Assembly (NCBI GenBank): GCA_965368975.1
Contig: CBDUPA010000003.1
Coordinates: forward strand, 128,001-192,000
Source: an uncultured bacterium
GTDB taxonomy: Bacteria; Acidobacteriota; Thermoanaerobaculia; Multivoradales; JAHZIX01
Direction: 5' to 3'
Length of the DNA stretch: 64,000 bases
In this document: positions 23,801-32,680 of the stretch, in pieces
How the letters are laid out: each line of letters starts with the position of its first letter
Numbering within the stretch: position 1 is the first letter of the stretch
Notes under the pieces: model-generated
What the model was told of the DNA's origin: nothing
The model's database searches: none
Seen by the model: only the letters and a program-made list of their open reading frames with translations
Position numbers and translations under genes: made by a program

Positions 23801-23861
23801 GTGTCTGGATGACGATGCGACTGCCGGAGTCGGGGTCGAGGCTGGCGGCGATGGGATTCAT
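20754..23861 (-). CDS. Class III nucleotide cyclase-like domain + TM helix + TolB-N-like domain + long TPR region (resembles the 'putative peptide modification system cyclase' family)
   Basis: 1035 aa ORF. N-terminal LVTDLVDST, EIDKTDGF, RAGIHLGE, GAKPLEVEGLAKPTAAR and FKGL motifs; TM LLGAIGLLILLALASAWLSW; PSVAVLRF...DYVVSGS domain; many TPR-like helical repeats. The 3' end overlaps the NRPS 3' end by 104 bp. Confidence 0.88.
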   Translation of the reverse strand: MNPIAASLDPDSGSRIVIQTLLVTDLVDSTQLVDRLGDDRAVDVFARHDRLARDLLGKHSGMEIDKTDGFLLLFDRPIDALSYTLDYHQRLRELGEEMGIDLQARAGIHLGELVLRHNRTDDVARGAKPLEVEGLAKPTAARTMALASGGQTLLTQAAFDLCRRRLSALRVDGLAVHWYDHGRFVFKGLEDSVGIYEIATVDVALPQPIQPNDKAHRAATEARGAPRRSTLLGAIGLLILLALASAWLSWRRSTDETLPSSDGPPRPSVAVLRFHMLSQNPNDAWLETALAEMLSAHLGIDGSLRVIPAERILEAQRDLSTTQATSLGSTTLRSLRDRLGTDYVVSGSFSSGSGSGLDLNIYLQDTRLSDHSASLPMTGLQTDLQKLVEETAARLRRQLGVATVSQQQALQLEAVISDDPEARVAYTRGLEKLRAYDAAGARSELQHAITEDPSHALAHLALSQAQAALGYDELAQKSARDAYALLESKELPREHQLSIQANFYEQFHDWDAAVDTYRLLRDYHTDNIDHGLKLIDILLDADRSTAAVEILTSLQTRPSGTFADPRIDLAQAKIAREQGEWNLQLSAADRVLERARAQQARSLQAEAQFQRGWALLRLGRTADSRRALHEARLGFETIGDRGRAARCIAELAVLDGRSGDLLGAESHHLEALSIFRDIKDVENISRTLNNLAVLKRQQGQLDAALQLLDEAAELARSSGNTERLMWAQENTSTVLLRLGRLPEARLHAAEALQLAQEAGNESGRIWALHDLGMVDLAAGRLDEAETALREGLSLAGAGDRGHQEAYFYQALGRLLHLQDKLEEAESAFQRALNLRSQLEQSTNIAETQLLLGRLYLTQNRMTEAEAIALQARPVLELQERTDELALVDALLAQALAHQERFAEADQALARARHRSRVSENPHVRIYVELMAVLNAYLNDDYSGLQQRLTELERDSRRFGLVVLQQDLLLAHAIIELSSGNINAGQARLNELIQGVQSRQFALNRRLAKIYRDRLSPVAGTGSVVQPPPGREVIAP

Positions 23862-23934
23862 GGAGGATGACTACCGCGTCGGATCAGGCGGTTCTGACCA
23901 GGCGATCATAGCGGAAGTCGATGGAGGAGGGGGG

Positions 23935-23965
23935 TGGGGCGCACCGACAGATCGGTTGCGCCCCA
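23935..23965. terminator. GC-rich stem-loop between the S8 protease and cyclase genes (possible terminator or RNA-stability hairpin)
   Basis: TGGGGCGCA-CCGA / loop CAGA / TCGG-T-TGCGCCCCA. No U-tract follows on the minus strand, so the function is uncertain. Confidence 0.35.
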
Positions 23966-24027
23966 ACCGTGCCTGACTCGGCACGGGGACTGCGGAGAGC
24001 ACCGCAACCTCGGGAGGGGACGAGGTA

Positions 24028-25296
24028 TCAGTATCCGCCGGAGTCGACGATGCCCAGGTCGCGACCGTCCTTGCTGCTGTCGTCCGCGGGCGGCTGCGGA
24101 CCGATGATGATCGAAGTCGAGATCGAGGGGCCGAGCAACTCGAGGTCTTCCCGGATCGCCAGCTCGACCTCTACCGCCGACGCCGAGCCATTGTTCGACC
24201 TGTAGAGGGCTGCTGTGCCCGCGGCATGGGCCGCGGCCATCGAGGTACCGGAGCGTTCGCGGTACTGGCCGTTCTTCCAGGTCGACAGGATTTCGTCGCC
24301 GGGTGCCCAAGCGTCGACGCAGGCACCGAAGTTACTCCATTCGGTCTCCTGATCGAGGCGGTCCGTCGCAGCGACGGTCATGATGCCGTTGGCTGCGTTG
24401 GCGCCTTCGCGTGACGGGGATCCGAGGCAGGCGTCCTGCGCGTCGTTGCCAGCCGCGACGGCGAAAAACAGATCAGCGCTGTCGGTCGAAACTGCGGCGT
24501 TGATCGCGCTGTCGACGACCGGATTGGCGGGGCCGATCAGCGCCATAGAGACAACCGATGGCCGTGGTGCGTGGGCGGTGACCCAATCGATGCCGGCGAG
24601 TACGCTGCTCCAGGTACCTCGGCCGTTGCAGCCCAACACGCGCACCGCGATCAGCGACGCTCCCGGTGCCACACCGACGACGCCGATGTTGTTGTCCTTG
24701 GCAGCGATGGTGCCGGCGACGTGCGTTCCGTGGCCGTTGCAGTCCTTGCTCGAGGGACCTGGTACGAAGCTGACGCGGTCCGTGACATTGAGGTCGGGGT
24801 GATTGTCGATGCCAGTGTCGAGCACGAACACGTCGACATGATCGACCGTCCCCTGGCCATCACCAGCGAACGTCGAACTGTTGATCGCGTCTACCCGGAT
24901 GATTCCCCAGGGCACCTCCTGGCTGGCGGCCTCGACCGTGCCGTCGGCGACGACCAACGCGACCAGTGGACTGGCTTGCAGGTCCGCCAGCTCGCGCGAG
25001 TTGACACGGGCCGCGAAGCCGCGGACCGAAGCGCTGTAAATGTGCTGGGCCTGAAAGCCGATGGTGGCTTCCAGGTAGCGCACCGCGCCGACGGTGCTGA
25101 TGTCCAGATAGCTACCGGAGCCGCGCAAGGCGGGGTCATCCGGATCGACGCTGGTCGAGAAGGCGGCCAAGCTGGCGCTTTCGTCGAAGGTCACCAGAAC
25201 AAACTGCTGGCCTGCCATGGCGGCGCTCGGGAAGAGCAATACGACCAGGGCCAACATCAGGCCAGTACATTGGATAGAGCGTTTGTGCGACGTCAT
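24028..25296 (-). CDS. Secreted S8 subtilisin-family serine protease with I9-type propeptide
   Basis: Catalytic motifs VLDTGID, HGTHVAG, AAGN and GTSMAAAH; signal peptide (LMLALVVLLFPSAAMA); prodomain ending ...VEA-ASQEVPWG. Start set at ATG 25296, preceded by a GGAGGACGAGGA RBS. Confidence 0.93.
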   Translation of the reverse strand: MTSHKRSIQCTGLMLALVVLLFPSAAMAGQQFVLVTFDESASLAAFSTSVDPDDPALRGSGSYLDISTVGAVRYLEATIGFQAQHIYSASVRGFAARVNSRELADLQASPLVALVVADGTVEAASQEVPWGIIRVDAINSSTFAGDGQGTVDHVDVFVLDTGIDNHPDLNVTDRVSFVPGPSSKDCNGHGTHVAGTIAAKDNNIGVVGVAPGASLIAVRVLGCNGRGTWSSVLAGIDWVTAHAPRPSVVSMALIGPANPVVDSAINAAVSTDSADLFFAVAAGNDAQDACLGSPSREGANAANGIMTVAATDRLDQETEWSNFGACVDAWAPGDEILSTWKNGQYRERSGTSMAAAHAAGTAALYRSNNGSASAVEVELAIREDLELLGPSISTSIIIGPQPPADDSSKDGRDLGIVDSGGY

Positions 25297-25499
25297 TTTT
25301 CCTCGTCCTCCTTGACTGTGCGGTGTGAGTGCGCCCATGCATACAAAACGAACCGGGCATCTACCAGTCTACCTCAGAAATTCAATAGACGTTGAACGAT
25401 TTGTCTCTACGTCGAACTGTAGGCATGACCAAGCGCCGAGAGGTCTAGTCCCGGTGTCAGGAAGGTAGGGGAGGCGATGGAGGGTGGGGAAACGTGGAT

Positions 25500-28400
25500 T
25501 CAGTTGGGGGGAATCTCGGGAATGCCCGCATCCAGATCGGTGCTTTCGAATTCCAGACTGCTCTCTTCATTTGCGAGCTGCTCGGGCTCGGGCTCGGGGA
25601 TATCGAGCTGCTGTCGAACCCAACTCTTGATTGCACGGCCGGCCCAATCGCTGTCCAGCAACTCTGTGCAGGCCTCGAGGCTGGTGGTGGTTTCCCGGTC
25701 TTGGCGGCCCTGCGCCGACAGGCTGATGCCGAGCATACAGGTCGCTTCGACGACACCTGGTTCCATCTGGCCGCTGGCTTCTTGACGCCTGGCGAAGAGG
25801 TCTATGGCTTCCCGCAAGGTCCTGACTGCGTCCCGGAACTCTTCTTGTTCGATCTGCAGCATCGCAAGGCGACGCAGCGCATTGGGCAGGAATCGCTGCT
25901 CGTTGGGAGGGAGTGTCCGAAACATGTCGACCGCGGCTCCGGCTTGCTCCTCGCCCTCCGCCAAGCGCTCCAACTGCAACAGACCGAAGGCCTGGTTATA
26001 GAGCACTCGCGCGAGGCGGCGGTCACTGTCGCCGAGAACCTGGCGCATGGCTGACTCAGCCCGTCGGTAGGCTTGCAGCGCTTCCTCGTGTTTGCCCTGC
26101 TGGTCGAGGGTTGCGGCGAGAACCTGCAAGTTGATCGAAACGCGGAGTGGCCGGGGCGGATGCTGGCTGTCTCGGAGCGCGATGATGTTGCGCAGTTCAA
26201 CTTCGGCACGCTCGTACTCGCCCTTGTGGAAAAAGGCGAAGGCCAGGTTGTGGCGGGCGTCGAGGGTCCGGTCGTCGTCGGTCTCGTAGTGATGTCCGTA
26301 GAACTTCAACATTTCGCCGCAAAGCTCGATCGCGCGATCGGGGTCTCTGTCCGCTATCTCGACCACGATGTTGTTCTTGACCTTGGCGCCGGTCTCGGTT
26401 TCATGAGCATTGAGTCCTCCCAGCCTCTTATGAATGGCCTCGAGTTCGTCGATACGTTCGGCCGAGTAGCCCTCTCTCTGGTTGAGGAAGTAGAGGTAGT
26501 TCGCCCTTGCGTCCAACGTTTCGATCTCCAGGTCTCGACGAACCTCCGGGTCCGGCTCGTCCTCCAGGAGGCCTTTCAGCGTCGTGACGGCTCCGGTCAG
26601 ATAGGTTTCGGCTCGATCCGGCATGCCATGCGAATGGAACGCCAGACCGAAGGTGGAGCTCAGGCCGGCTTGGAGCCGCGGTTGATCGCGGAAGTCGCTC
26701 AGCATGGGCGGGACGCGTTCGAGCAGGAGTTCACGCATCGTGAGTTCCTGATCCTGCCGATCTTCGGGGCCACCAGACGAGACGAACTCCGAGAGAGCTT
26801 GACGCAAGCGGTTGGCTCGCTGCTGGGCCTGATCGCTGCGTTCGAGGTTCCGCTGAGCACTCTGCAATGCGATATTTAGATCTTCTTGGGTCCTCGACAG
26901 CCGCTGGTTGTAGTACAGCAGGATGCCGAAAGTGAGCAGGGTGAACAGGACGCCGGTCAGCAACGCCAGGGCGGCTGCCTTGTTGCGCCGCGCCCACTTG
27001 CCGGCGCGGTAGCCGAAGGTCGGCGTGCGCGCCAGCACGGGCTCGCCCTCCAGGTGCCGCCGGAGATCTTCCGCGAAGTGCTCGACCGAGGCGTAGCGCA
27101 GATGCGGCTCCTTGCGCATCGCCATCATCAGGATGTTGTCGAGATCACCCTTGAGCAGCTTGTGGACGCGCAGAGCCTCCGGATCCTGGTTCCGGGAGTT
27201 CACTTCCAGGTCAACGTTGTCCTGGCCTTCCGGTTCCGCGCCTGGCTTGCCGCTTTTCTCGGCCGGTTGCAACACGGCCTGGCTTGGACGCGGGGCCTCG
27301 TGCTCGGTGATGATGCGGATCGCCTCGTCGAGGTTGCGCCCCTTGGTGCGATAGGGAGGGCGGCCGGTCAGCAGCTCGTAGAGCAGGATGCCGAGAGAGT
27401 AGACGTCGCTGGCGGTGGTGATGTTGCCGCCGCGGGCTTGTTCCGGACTGGCGTAGCGCGCGGTCATCAGGCGCTGTGCCGGTGCCGTGTAGGCGACGGT
27501 GAAGGCGGCCATCTCCGGGTTCAGGAACTTGGCGATGCCGAAGTCGACGAGCTTGGGCGTGCCGTCCGCGGTGACCAGGATGTTGCGAGGTCCGATATCG
27601 CGATGGATGATCAGGTTCTGGTGCGCGTAGTGGACAGCCGCACAGACCACCCGGAAGAGTTCGAGGATCTGCTCCAGCGTCAGCTTGTGGGTGCGGCAAT
27701 ACTCGTCGATCGGGACGCCGTCGATGTACTCCATGACGAAGTACGGTCGGCCTTCTGGAGTGGTGCCGCCGTCGAGCAGCTTGGCAATGTTGGGATGGTC
27801 GAGGCTCGCCAGGATGTGACGCTCGTTGCGGAAACGCGCGAGGATATCCTCGCTGTCCATACCCGGCTTGATGATCTTGATCGCGACCTTTTTCTTGAAC
27901 TCGTCGTCGTCGCGCACGGCCAGGTAGACAACCCCGAAGCCGCCGCGCCCGAGCTGGTGCAGCAGGCGGTACTTGCCGACACGCTCGCCGCGGATCAGGC
28001 CGGGGCGGCTCTCGCGATCGCCACGCAAGTTGGAGGAGTCCCCCCCTTCGCCACGGCGGGCAGCACCCGCGGCCGCGGCGGCCAGGTCGGCGGCGGGGGG
28101 TCGCGAGCCCACCTGTTGATAGACGGTGATCAGCGCCTCGACCTCGTGGCGCAGCGTCGTGTTCTCCCGGCACTGCTTGACCAGGAAGTAGTCGCGCTCA
28201 CCAGCCGGCAACGCCAGTGCCTTGCGGGCGAGGTCGCGCGCGTTGAGCTTGATCCGCTCGGCGCTGTCCTGCGCTGAACTCTCGTCTTCCTCGGTCGGGG
28301 TCGCCGGTTCGAGCACCGAAAGCAGTCCTTCGACCTCCTGGCGGGCAGTCGTCCCCTCGCGCTCTTCCAGGTCATCCAGAAAAGCGCGGCGTTCACTGAC

Positions 28401-28532
28401 CAACATGTCCAGGGCCTGACGGGCCAGATCACGCGCGCTCATGGGATTCTGATGGTACTGCTTCGATATCCGTAGGCTCGAGGCGCCTACATCCTCGCCA
28501 TCACTCGACATTGCATTCTCCGGCTTCTTCAT
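25500..28532 (-). CDS. Hanks-type Ser/Thr protein kinase with TM helix and C-terminal TPR region
   Basis: GRGGFGVV, VAIK, HRDIGPRN, DFG, YASPE and DVYSLG motifs; GDLDNI...RYASV post-kinase segment; TM ALALLTGVLFTLLTFGILLYY; TPR repeats. Start uncertain (28532, 28511 or 28442). Confidence 0.92.
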   Translation of the reverse strand: MKKPENAMSSDGEDVGASSLRISKQYHQNPMSARDLARQALDMLVSERRAFLDDLEEREGTTARQEVEGLLSVLEPATPTEEDESSAQDSAERIKLNARDLARKALALPAGERDYFLVKQCRENTTLRHEVEALITVYQQVGSRPPAADLAAAAAGAARRGEGGDSSNLRGDRESRPGLIRGERVGKYRLLHQLGRGGFGVVYLAVRDDDEFKKKVAIKIIKPGMDSEDILARFRNERHILASLDHPNIAKLLDGGTTPEGRPYFVMEYIDGVPIDEYCRTHKLTLEQILELFRVVCAAVHYAHQNLIIHRDIGPRNILVTADGTPKLVDFGIAKFLNPEMAAFTVAYTAPAQRLMTARYASPEQARGGNITTASDVYSLGILLYELLTGRPPYRTKGRNLDEAIRIITEHEAPRPSQAVLQPAEKSGKPGAEPEGQDNVDLEVNSRNQDPEALRVHKLLKGDLDNILMMAMRKEPHLRYASVEHFAEDLRRHLEGEPVLARTPTFGYRAGKWARRNKAAALALLTGVLFTLLTFGILLYYNQRLSRTQEDLNIALQSAQRNLERSDQAQQRANRLRQALSEFVSSGGPEDRQDQELTMRELLLERVPPMLSDFRDQPRLQAGLSSTFGLAFHSHGMPDRAETYLTGAVTTLKGLLEDEPDPEVRRDLEIETLDARANYLYFLNQREGYSAERIDELEAIHKRLGGLNAHETETGAKVKNNIVVEIADRDPDRAIELCGEMLKFYGHHYETDDDRTLDARHNLAFAFFHKGEYERAEVELRNIIALRDSQHPPRPLRVSINLQVLAATLDQQGKHEEALQAYRRAESAMRQVLGDSDRRLARVLYNQAFGLLQLERLAEGEEQAGAAVDMFRTLPPNEQRFLPNALRRLAMLQIEQEEFRDAVRTLREAIDLFARRQEASGQMEPGVVEATCMLGISLSAQGRQDRETTTSLEACTELLDSDWAGRAIKSWVRQQLDIPEPEPEQLANEESSLEFESTDLDAGIPEIPPN

Positions 28533-28801
28533 GAGGGCCTATCAGGATTCGTCAGCGGGCCGTGCCGTCAGGTCTTGGACCTGCGACGGCAACGCGCATG
28601 TGATGAGTGAACCCTTCTGCCCCGCCCGGATGATCAGATATTGTCGACAAAAAAGACACCACGTAGCTTACAGTATTCTCGCAGGGCATGCCAGGTATTG
28701 GCGTAGAAGGCATATTGGTCCCCCAGTGCAGGGGGGCAAAATCTCCTCATGGAGCAACTCAGCGGAGCAACACCACCGCCCAATTCCTGCGTTGCTGCCC
28801 C

Positions 28802-28830
28802 TTGACGGATGGTGTGAGGGTCGTAACGAT
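28802..28830 (+). promoter_or_regulatory. Possible sigma70-type promoter for meaB-rimO-ribF
   Basis: TTGACG-N17-AACGAT about 90 nt upstream of the meaB ATG; the -10 match is weak. Confidence 0.3.
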
Positions 28831-28922
28831 GGCTCCCGAGCGGGCGCATGGAAGCAGTGGTGCTGGGTGACCATGCGTCTTCGGTGCGGACCGGCAACTG
28901 CGACTGGCAAGGAGGAGGCAGG

Positions 28923-29957
28923 ATGACAGCGACACCGGCAGGCCGCGAAACCAGCTTCGGCACGCGCTCCGGCCGCCGACGGCTGACCGTGGGCGCCTAC
29001 GTCGACGGCGTGCTGCGCGGCGACCGGACGGTCCTCGGTCAGGCCTTGACGCTGGTCGAAAGCAACCGGCCGGAACACCAGGAGCAGGCGCAGGAGATGC
29101 TCTTGCGCCTGTTGCCGCATACCGGTAACGCCCTGCGCCTCGGGATCAGCGGAGTCCCTGGCGTCGGCAAGAGCACCTTCATTGAAGCTCTGGGCACGAA
29201 ACTGACGTCGGACCGGCAACGCGTGGCGGTACTCGCCGTCGACCCGAGCAGCAGCGTCAGCGGTGGCAGCATTCTGGGCGACAAGACGCGGATGTCGCAC
29301 CTGGCGCGCGATCCGATGGCCTTCATCCGGCCATCGCCGAGCAGCGGTTCCCTTGGCGGCGTGGCGCGCAAGACGCGCGAGAGTCTGCTGGTGTGCGAGG
29401 CCGCCGGCTTCGAGATCGTGCTGGTGGAGACGGTGGGCGTCGGCCAGAGCGAGACGGTGGTTGCCGACATGGTCGACTGCTACCTCGTGCTGATGCTCGC
29501 CGGTGCCGGTGACGAACTGCAAGGCATCAAGCGCGGCATCCTCGAGCTGGCCGACCTAGTCGCGATCAACAAGGCGGATGGTGACAACGCGTCCCGGGCC
29601 GAGAGGGCGCGTCGAGAGTATGCCTCGGCGCTGCACTTCATGCGACCGCCGGTGGCCGAGTGGCAGCCGAAGGTCGTGGCGGTGAGCAGCGTCGAAGGTA
29701 CCGGTCTGGACGAACTCTGGCAGTTGGTACTGGAGCACCGGCGGGTGCTCGAGGCGTGCGGCGAGTTGCAGGCACGCCGCCGTCGGCAGTTGATCGGCTG
29801 GATGTGGTCGATGGTACAAGACGAGCTGATGGCACGTTTGCGCCGCCACCCAGACCTGGCCCACCGCTTGCCGCAGCTGGAAGCGGAGGTGCTCGACGGG
29901 AGCCTGACACCGACGCTGGCCGCGCGCCGTATCTTGGAGATCTTCAGCTCGCAGTGA
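28923..29957 (+). CDS. meaB: Methylmalonyl-CoA mutase-associated GTPase MeaB (ArgK family)
   Basis: GISGVPGVGKST, AVDPSS..SGGSILGDKTRM, FIRPSPSSGSLGGV, VETVGVGQSE, GAGDELQGIKRG and NKAD. ATG 28923 follows GGAGGAGG. Confidence 0.95.
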   Translation: MTATPAGRETSFGTRSGRRRLTVGAYVDGVLRGDRTVLGQALTLVESNRPEHQEQAQEMLLRLLPHTGNALRLGISGVPGVGKSTFIEALGTKLTSDRQRVAVLAVDPSSSVSGGSILGDKTRMSHLARDPMAFIRPSPSSGSLGGVARKTRESLLVCEAAGFEIVLVETVGVGQSETVVADMVDCYLVLMLAGAGDELQGIKRGILELADLVAINKADGDNASRAERARREYASALHFMRPPVAEWQPKVVAVSSVEGTGLDELWQLVLEHRRVLEACGELQARRRRQLIGWMWSMVQDELMARLRRHPDLAHRLPQLEAEVLDGSLTPTLAARRILEIFSSQ

Positions 29958-30134
29958 CAGGGTGCTCGGGGAGAAGAGGACCGGCCTGCCGCCAGAGAAC
30001 CGCGAGGGAGTCGTCCCGTGGGCGCGTGAAATCTGCTATGCTCACCAGCCTCGGCGAGAGCCCTCGCCTTGCCCGCCTGCTTCCTGGCACCACCCGACCC
30101 TAACGATGACCCGTTTGCAGATGACCCGATCGAG

Positions 30135-31643
30135 ATGACTCGTCTATCCAGTGCTTCGCCGCGTCCCACGACATCGTCGCCGGGTGAGGGCAAGACCGTC
30201 GGCATGATCAGTCTCGGGTGCCCCAAGAACCGGGTCGACAGCGAAGTCATGCTCGGTCACCTGCGCGCCCAGGGATATCGCGTGGTGACGGACGCTGCCG
30301 AAGCCGACACGGTGATTGTCAACACCTGCGGCTTCATCGACGAAGCCAAGCAGGAGTCAATCGACAGCATCCTCGAGATCGCCGAGCTGAAAGCCGCGAG
30401 CCAGGAGGCCGGCGCCGAGGGCAAGAAATTGCTGGTCGCTGGCTGCATGGTCAACCGCTACGGTGAGGAGCTGGCCTCTTCGATTCCCGAGATCGACGGT
30501 TTCGTTGGTCTCGACGATCTGCACAAGGTCTCCGACGTGGTGCAACTGGGCGGTGGTCCTGCGCCGCCATCGCCGGCACACCTGGTCTTCGACCACACCG
30601 AACCGCGCCTGCTCACGACTCGGGGCTATGCCTACCTGAAGGTCGCCGAGGGGTGCAACAACCCGTGCACTTTCTGCGCGATCCCTCTGTGGCGCGGGCG
30701 CTTCCGCAGTCGCACCATCGACAGTCTGGTGAACGAGGCACGGCAACTCGAAGCCAGTGGCGTCCAGGAGTTGTGCCTGATCGCCCAGGATACGACGCGC
30801 TACGGTTTCGACCTCGAGTCTGAAGCGGGTTCCGAGCAGGCCTTGGGGCGCCACGGCTTGACGCGCTTGGTCGAAGCCCTGCTGGCCAAGACGTCGATCC
30901 CGTGGATCCGCTTCCTCTACGCCTATCCGACCACGCTCGACGAGGAACTCCTGCGCCTGATGGGGCAGGAAGAGCGCTTCTGCTCGTACCTCGACATGCC
31001 GTTGCAGCACAGCCATCCAGAGATGCTGAGCGCCATGCGTCGGGGCGGTGGCCCGGACCGCTACCTGAAGCTGCTCGAGCGCGCACGGGAACTGGCGCCC
31101 GACATCTTCCTGCGCACCACCTTCATTGTCGGCTTCCCGGGCGAGACAGAGGCCCACTTCGAGCATCTGAAGGACTTCGTGCAGCGAGCTCAGTTCGACC
31201 ATCTGGGGGCCTTCGGGTACAGCCCGGAGGAGGGCACGCCGGCTGCCGAACTGGCCCGGCGCGTCCCTCGCTCGACGATCCAGCGCCGGCACCGCCAGTT
31301 ACTGGAAGTGCAAGAGCCGATTGCCCGTGGCCACCGTCAGGCGCTGCTCGGGCGTACCCTGCGGGTGCTGGTGGAAGGCACGTGCGAGGAGACGGAGCAC
31401 CTGCTGCAGGGCCGTCACCATGGAATGGCCCCGGAAATCGATGGCCGCTTGCTGATCAACGACGGCATCGCGCCCGCCGGTACCTTCGCCGACGTGCGGA
31501 TCACGGATGCTTACGCCGACGATCTGGTCGGCCACATTGTCGGTCCTGCCGGCGTTGACGGTATCGTCCCCTCCGATCTCGACTATTTGCCAGCTCGACC
31601 AGACGCCGACTTCGATACTCCCTCGACGGCTTCGACCTCCTGA
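30135..31643 (+). CDS. rimO: Ribosomal protein S12 methylthiotransferase RimO (radical SAM)
   Basis: SLGCPKNRVDSE, NTCGFIDEAKQES, AGC, EGCNNPCTFC (CxxxCxxC), IAQDTTRYG, LYAYP, RTTFIVGFPGET and APEIDG (TRAM domain). Confidence 0.95.
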   Translation: MTRLSSASPRPTTSSPGEGKTVGMISLGCPKNRVDSEVMLGHLRAQGYRVVTDAAEADTVIVNTCGFIDEAKQESIDSILEIAELKAASQEAGAEGKKLLVAGCMVNRYGEELASSIPEIDGFVGLDDLHKVSDVVQLGGGPAPPSPAHLVFDHTEPRLLTTRGYAYLKVAEGCNNPCTFCAIPLWRGRFRSRTIDSLVNEARQLEASGVQELCLIAQDTTRYGFDLESEAGSEQALGRHGLTRLVEALLAKTSIPWIRFLYAYPTTLDEELLRLMGQEERFCSYLDMPLQHSHPEMLSAMRRGGGPDRYLKLLERARELAPDIFLRTTFIVGFPGETEAHFEHLKDFVQRAQFDHLGAFGYSPEEGTPAAELARRVPRSTIQRRHRQLLEVQEPIARGHRQALLGRTLRVLVEGTCEETEHLLQGRHHGMAPEIDGRLLINDGIAPAGTFADVRITDAYADDLVGHIVGPAGVDGIVPSDLDYLPARPDADFDTPSTASTS

Positions 31644-31717
31644 ACCGGGCTTCCCAACCGCTATCGACTCCATTTACCTGAAGTCGCCGACTCCACGTAC
31701 CGCCAAGACGCAATACC

Positions 31718-32680
31718 ATGCTGGTCATTCAGGACGCCTTCAACAGCAGTGACTTGCCGCGCGGCGGCATCGGCACCATCGGGAACTTCGATGGCGTCCA
31801 TCGCGGGCAGCAGACGGTGATCGAGACCACCCGCAAGCGTGCTGCCGAAGCGAGTGTCTCCTCAATGGTCATCACCTTCGAGCCGCACCCGATCAAGATC
31901 TTGCGTCCCGACGAGGCGCCGCAGCGGCTCACTACGCCAGCACAGAAAGAGGCCCTGCTGCGCGAGCAGGAGATCGACGTGCTGCTGGTGGTGCACTTTA
32001 CCCCCGAGTTCGCCAAGACGACAGCCGAAGAGTTCGTGCGCGACTTCCTCGGTGGTCGTTTGGGCCTCCGGGAACTCTACGTTGGGCAGAGCTTCGTCTT
32101 CGGTCACGGTCGCCAGGGTGATCTCCACCTGCTGCGTGACGTCGGTGCCAGCTGCGGTCTCGAGGCCATCGGCGTCGACGAAGTGGCGCGGCGCGGCGAA
32201 CGCATCTCGTCGACACGGGTCCGCCGCGCGATCAGTGAAGGGCGGGTCGAGGCGGCAGAGGAGATGCTCGGTCGTCCGCACACCGTGACGGGTGTCATCA
32301 CGCGCGGCGATCGCATGGGCAAGCGCCTGGGCTGGCCCACCATCAACCTGGTGCCCGACAATGAACTCCTGCCAGCGGATGGCGTCTACGCCACGCGCGT
32401 GCACTTCCCGCACCTACCCGCGACCTTCGACTCTTCGACCAACATCGGCACGCGGCCGACGGTCTACGAGAACTACCAACGGGTGGTTGAGAGCCACATT
32501 CTGGACTTCAACACCGACGTCTACGGCCAGCGTGTCGAGCTGAGCTTCTACAAGCGCCTGCGCGAAGAGCGAATCTTCGCCACGGTCATGGATCTGTCGG
32601 CCCAGATCGGGCGCGACGTCGAGGCGACGCGGGAATTTTTCGCGGCTCGAGAAGGCTTGGCAACTACGAGGGAAGCGTGA
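31718..32680 (+). CDS. ribF: Bifunctional riboflavin kinase / FAD synthetase
   Basis: IGNFDGVHRGQ, TFEPHP, ISSTRVR, GKRLGWPTIN, GVYA, NIGTRPT and ESHILDF. Confidence 0.96.
   Translation: MLVIQDAFNSSDLPRGGIGTIGNFDGVHRGQQTVIETTRKRAAEASVSSMVITFEPHPIKILRPDEAPQRLTTPAQKEALLREQEIDVLLVVHFTPEFAKTTAEEFVRDFLGGRLGLRELYVGQSFVFGHGRQGDLHLLRDVGASCGLEAIGVDEVARRGERISSTRVRRAISEGRVEAAEEMLGRPHTVTGVITRGDRMGKRLGWPTINLVPDNELLPADGVYATRVHFPHLPATFDSSTNIGTRPTVYENYQRVVESHILDFNTDVYGQRVELSFYKRLREERIFATVMDLSAQIGRDVEATREFFAAREGLATTREA

Noticed and set aside
25579-25598. (GCTCGG)n micro-repeat
   Set aside because: Only about three units, encoding a PEPEPE linker in the kinase C-terminus.
28750-28920. Possible cobalamin riboswitch upstream of meaB (CGGTG...CCG...CAACTG)
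   Set aside because: Lacks the GGGAA, GCCACTG and AGYCAGxAGACC (B12-box) elements. An Rfam cmscan would settle it.
28533-28922. Small ORFs as candidate RiPP precursors for the cyclase (28688-28870, 28634-28963; also 23921-24205)
   Set aside because: No NHLP-like leader, convincing RBS or coding-like composition.
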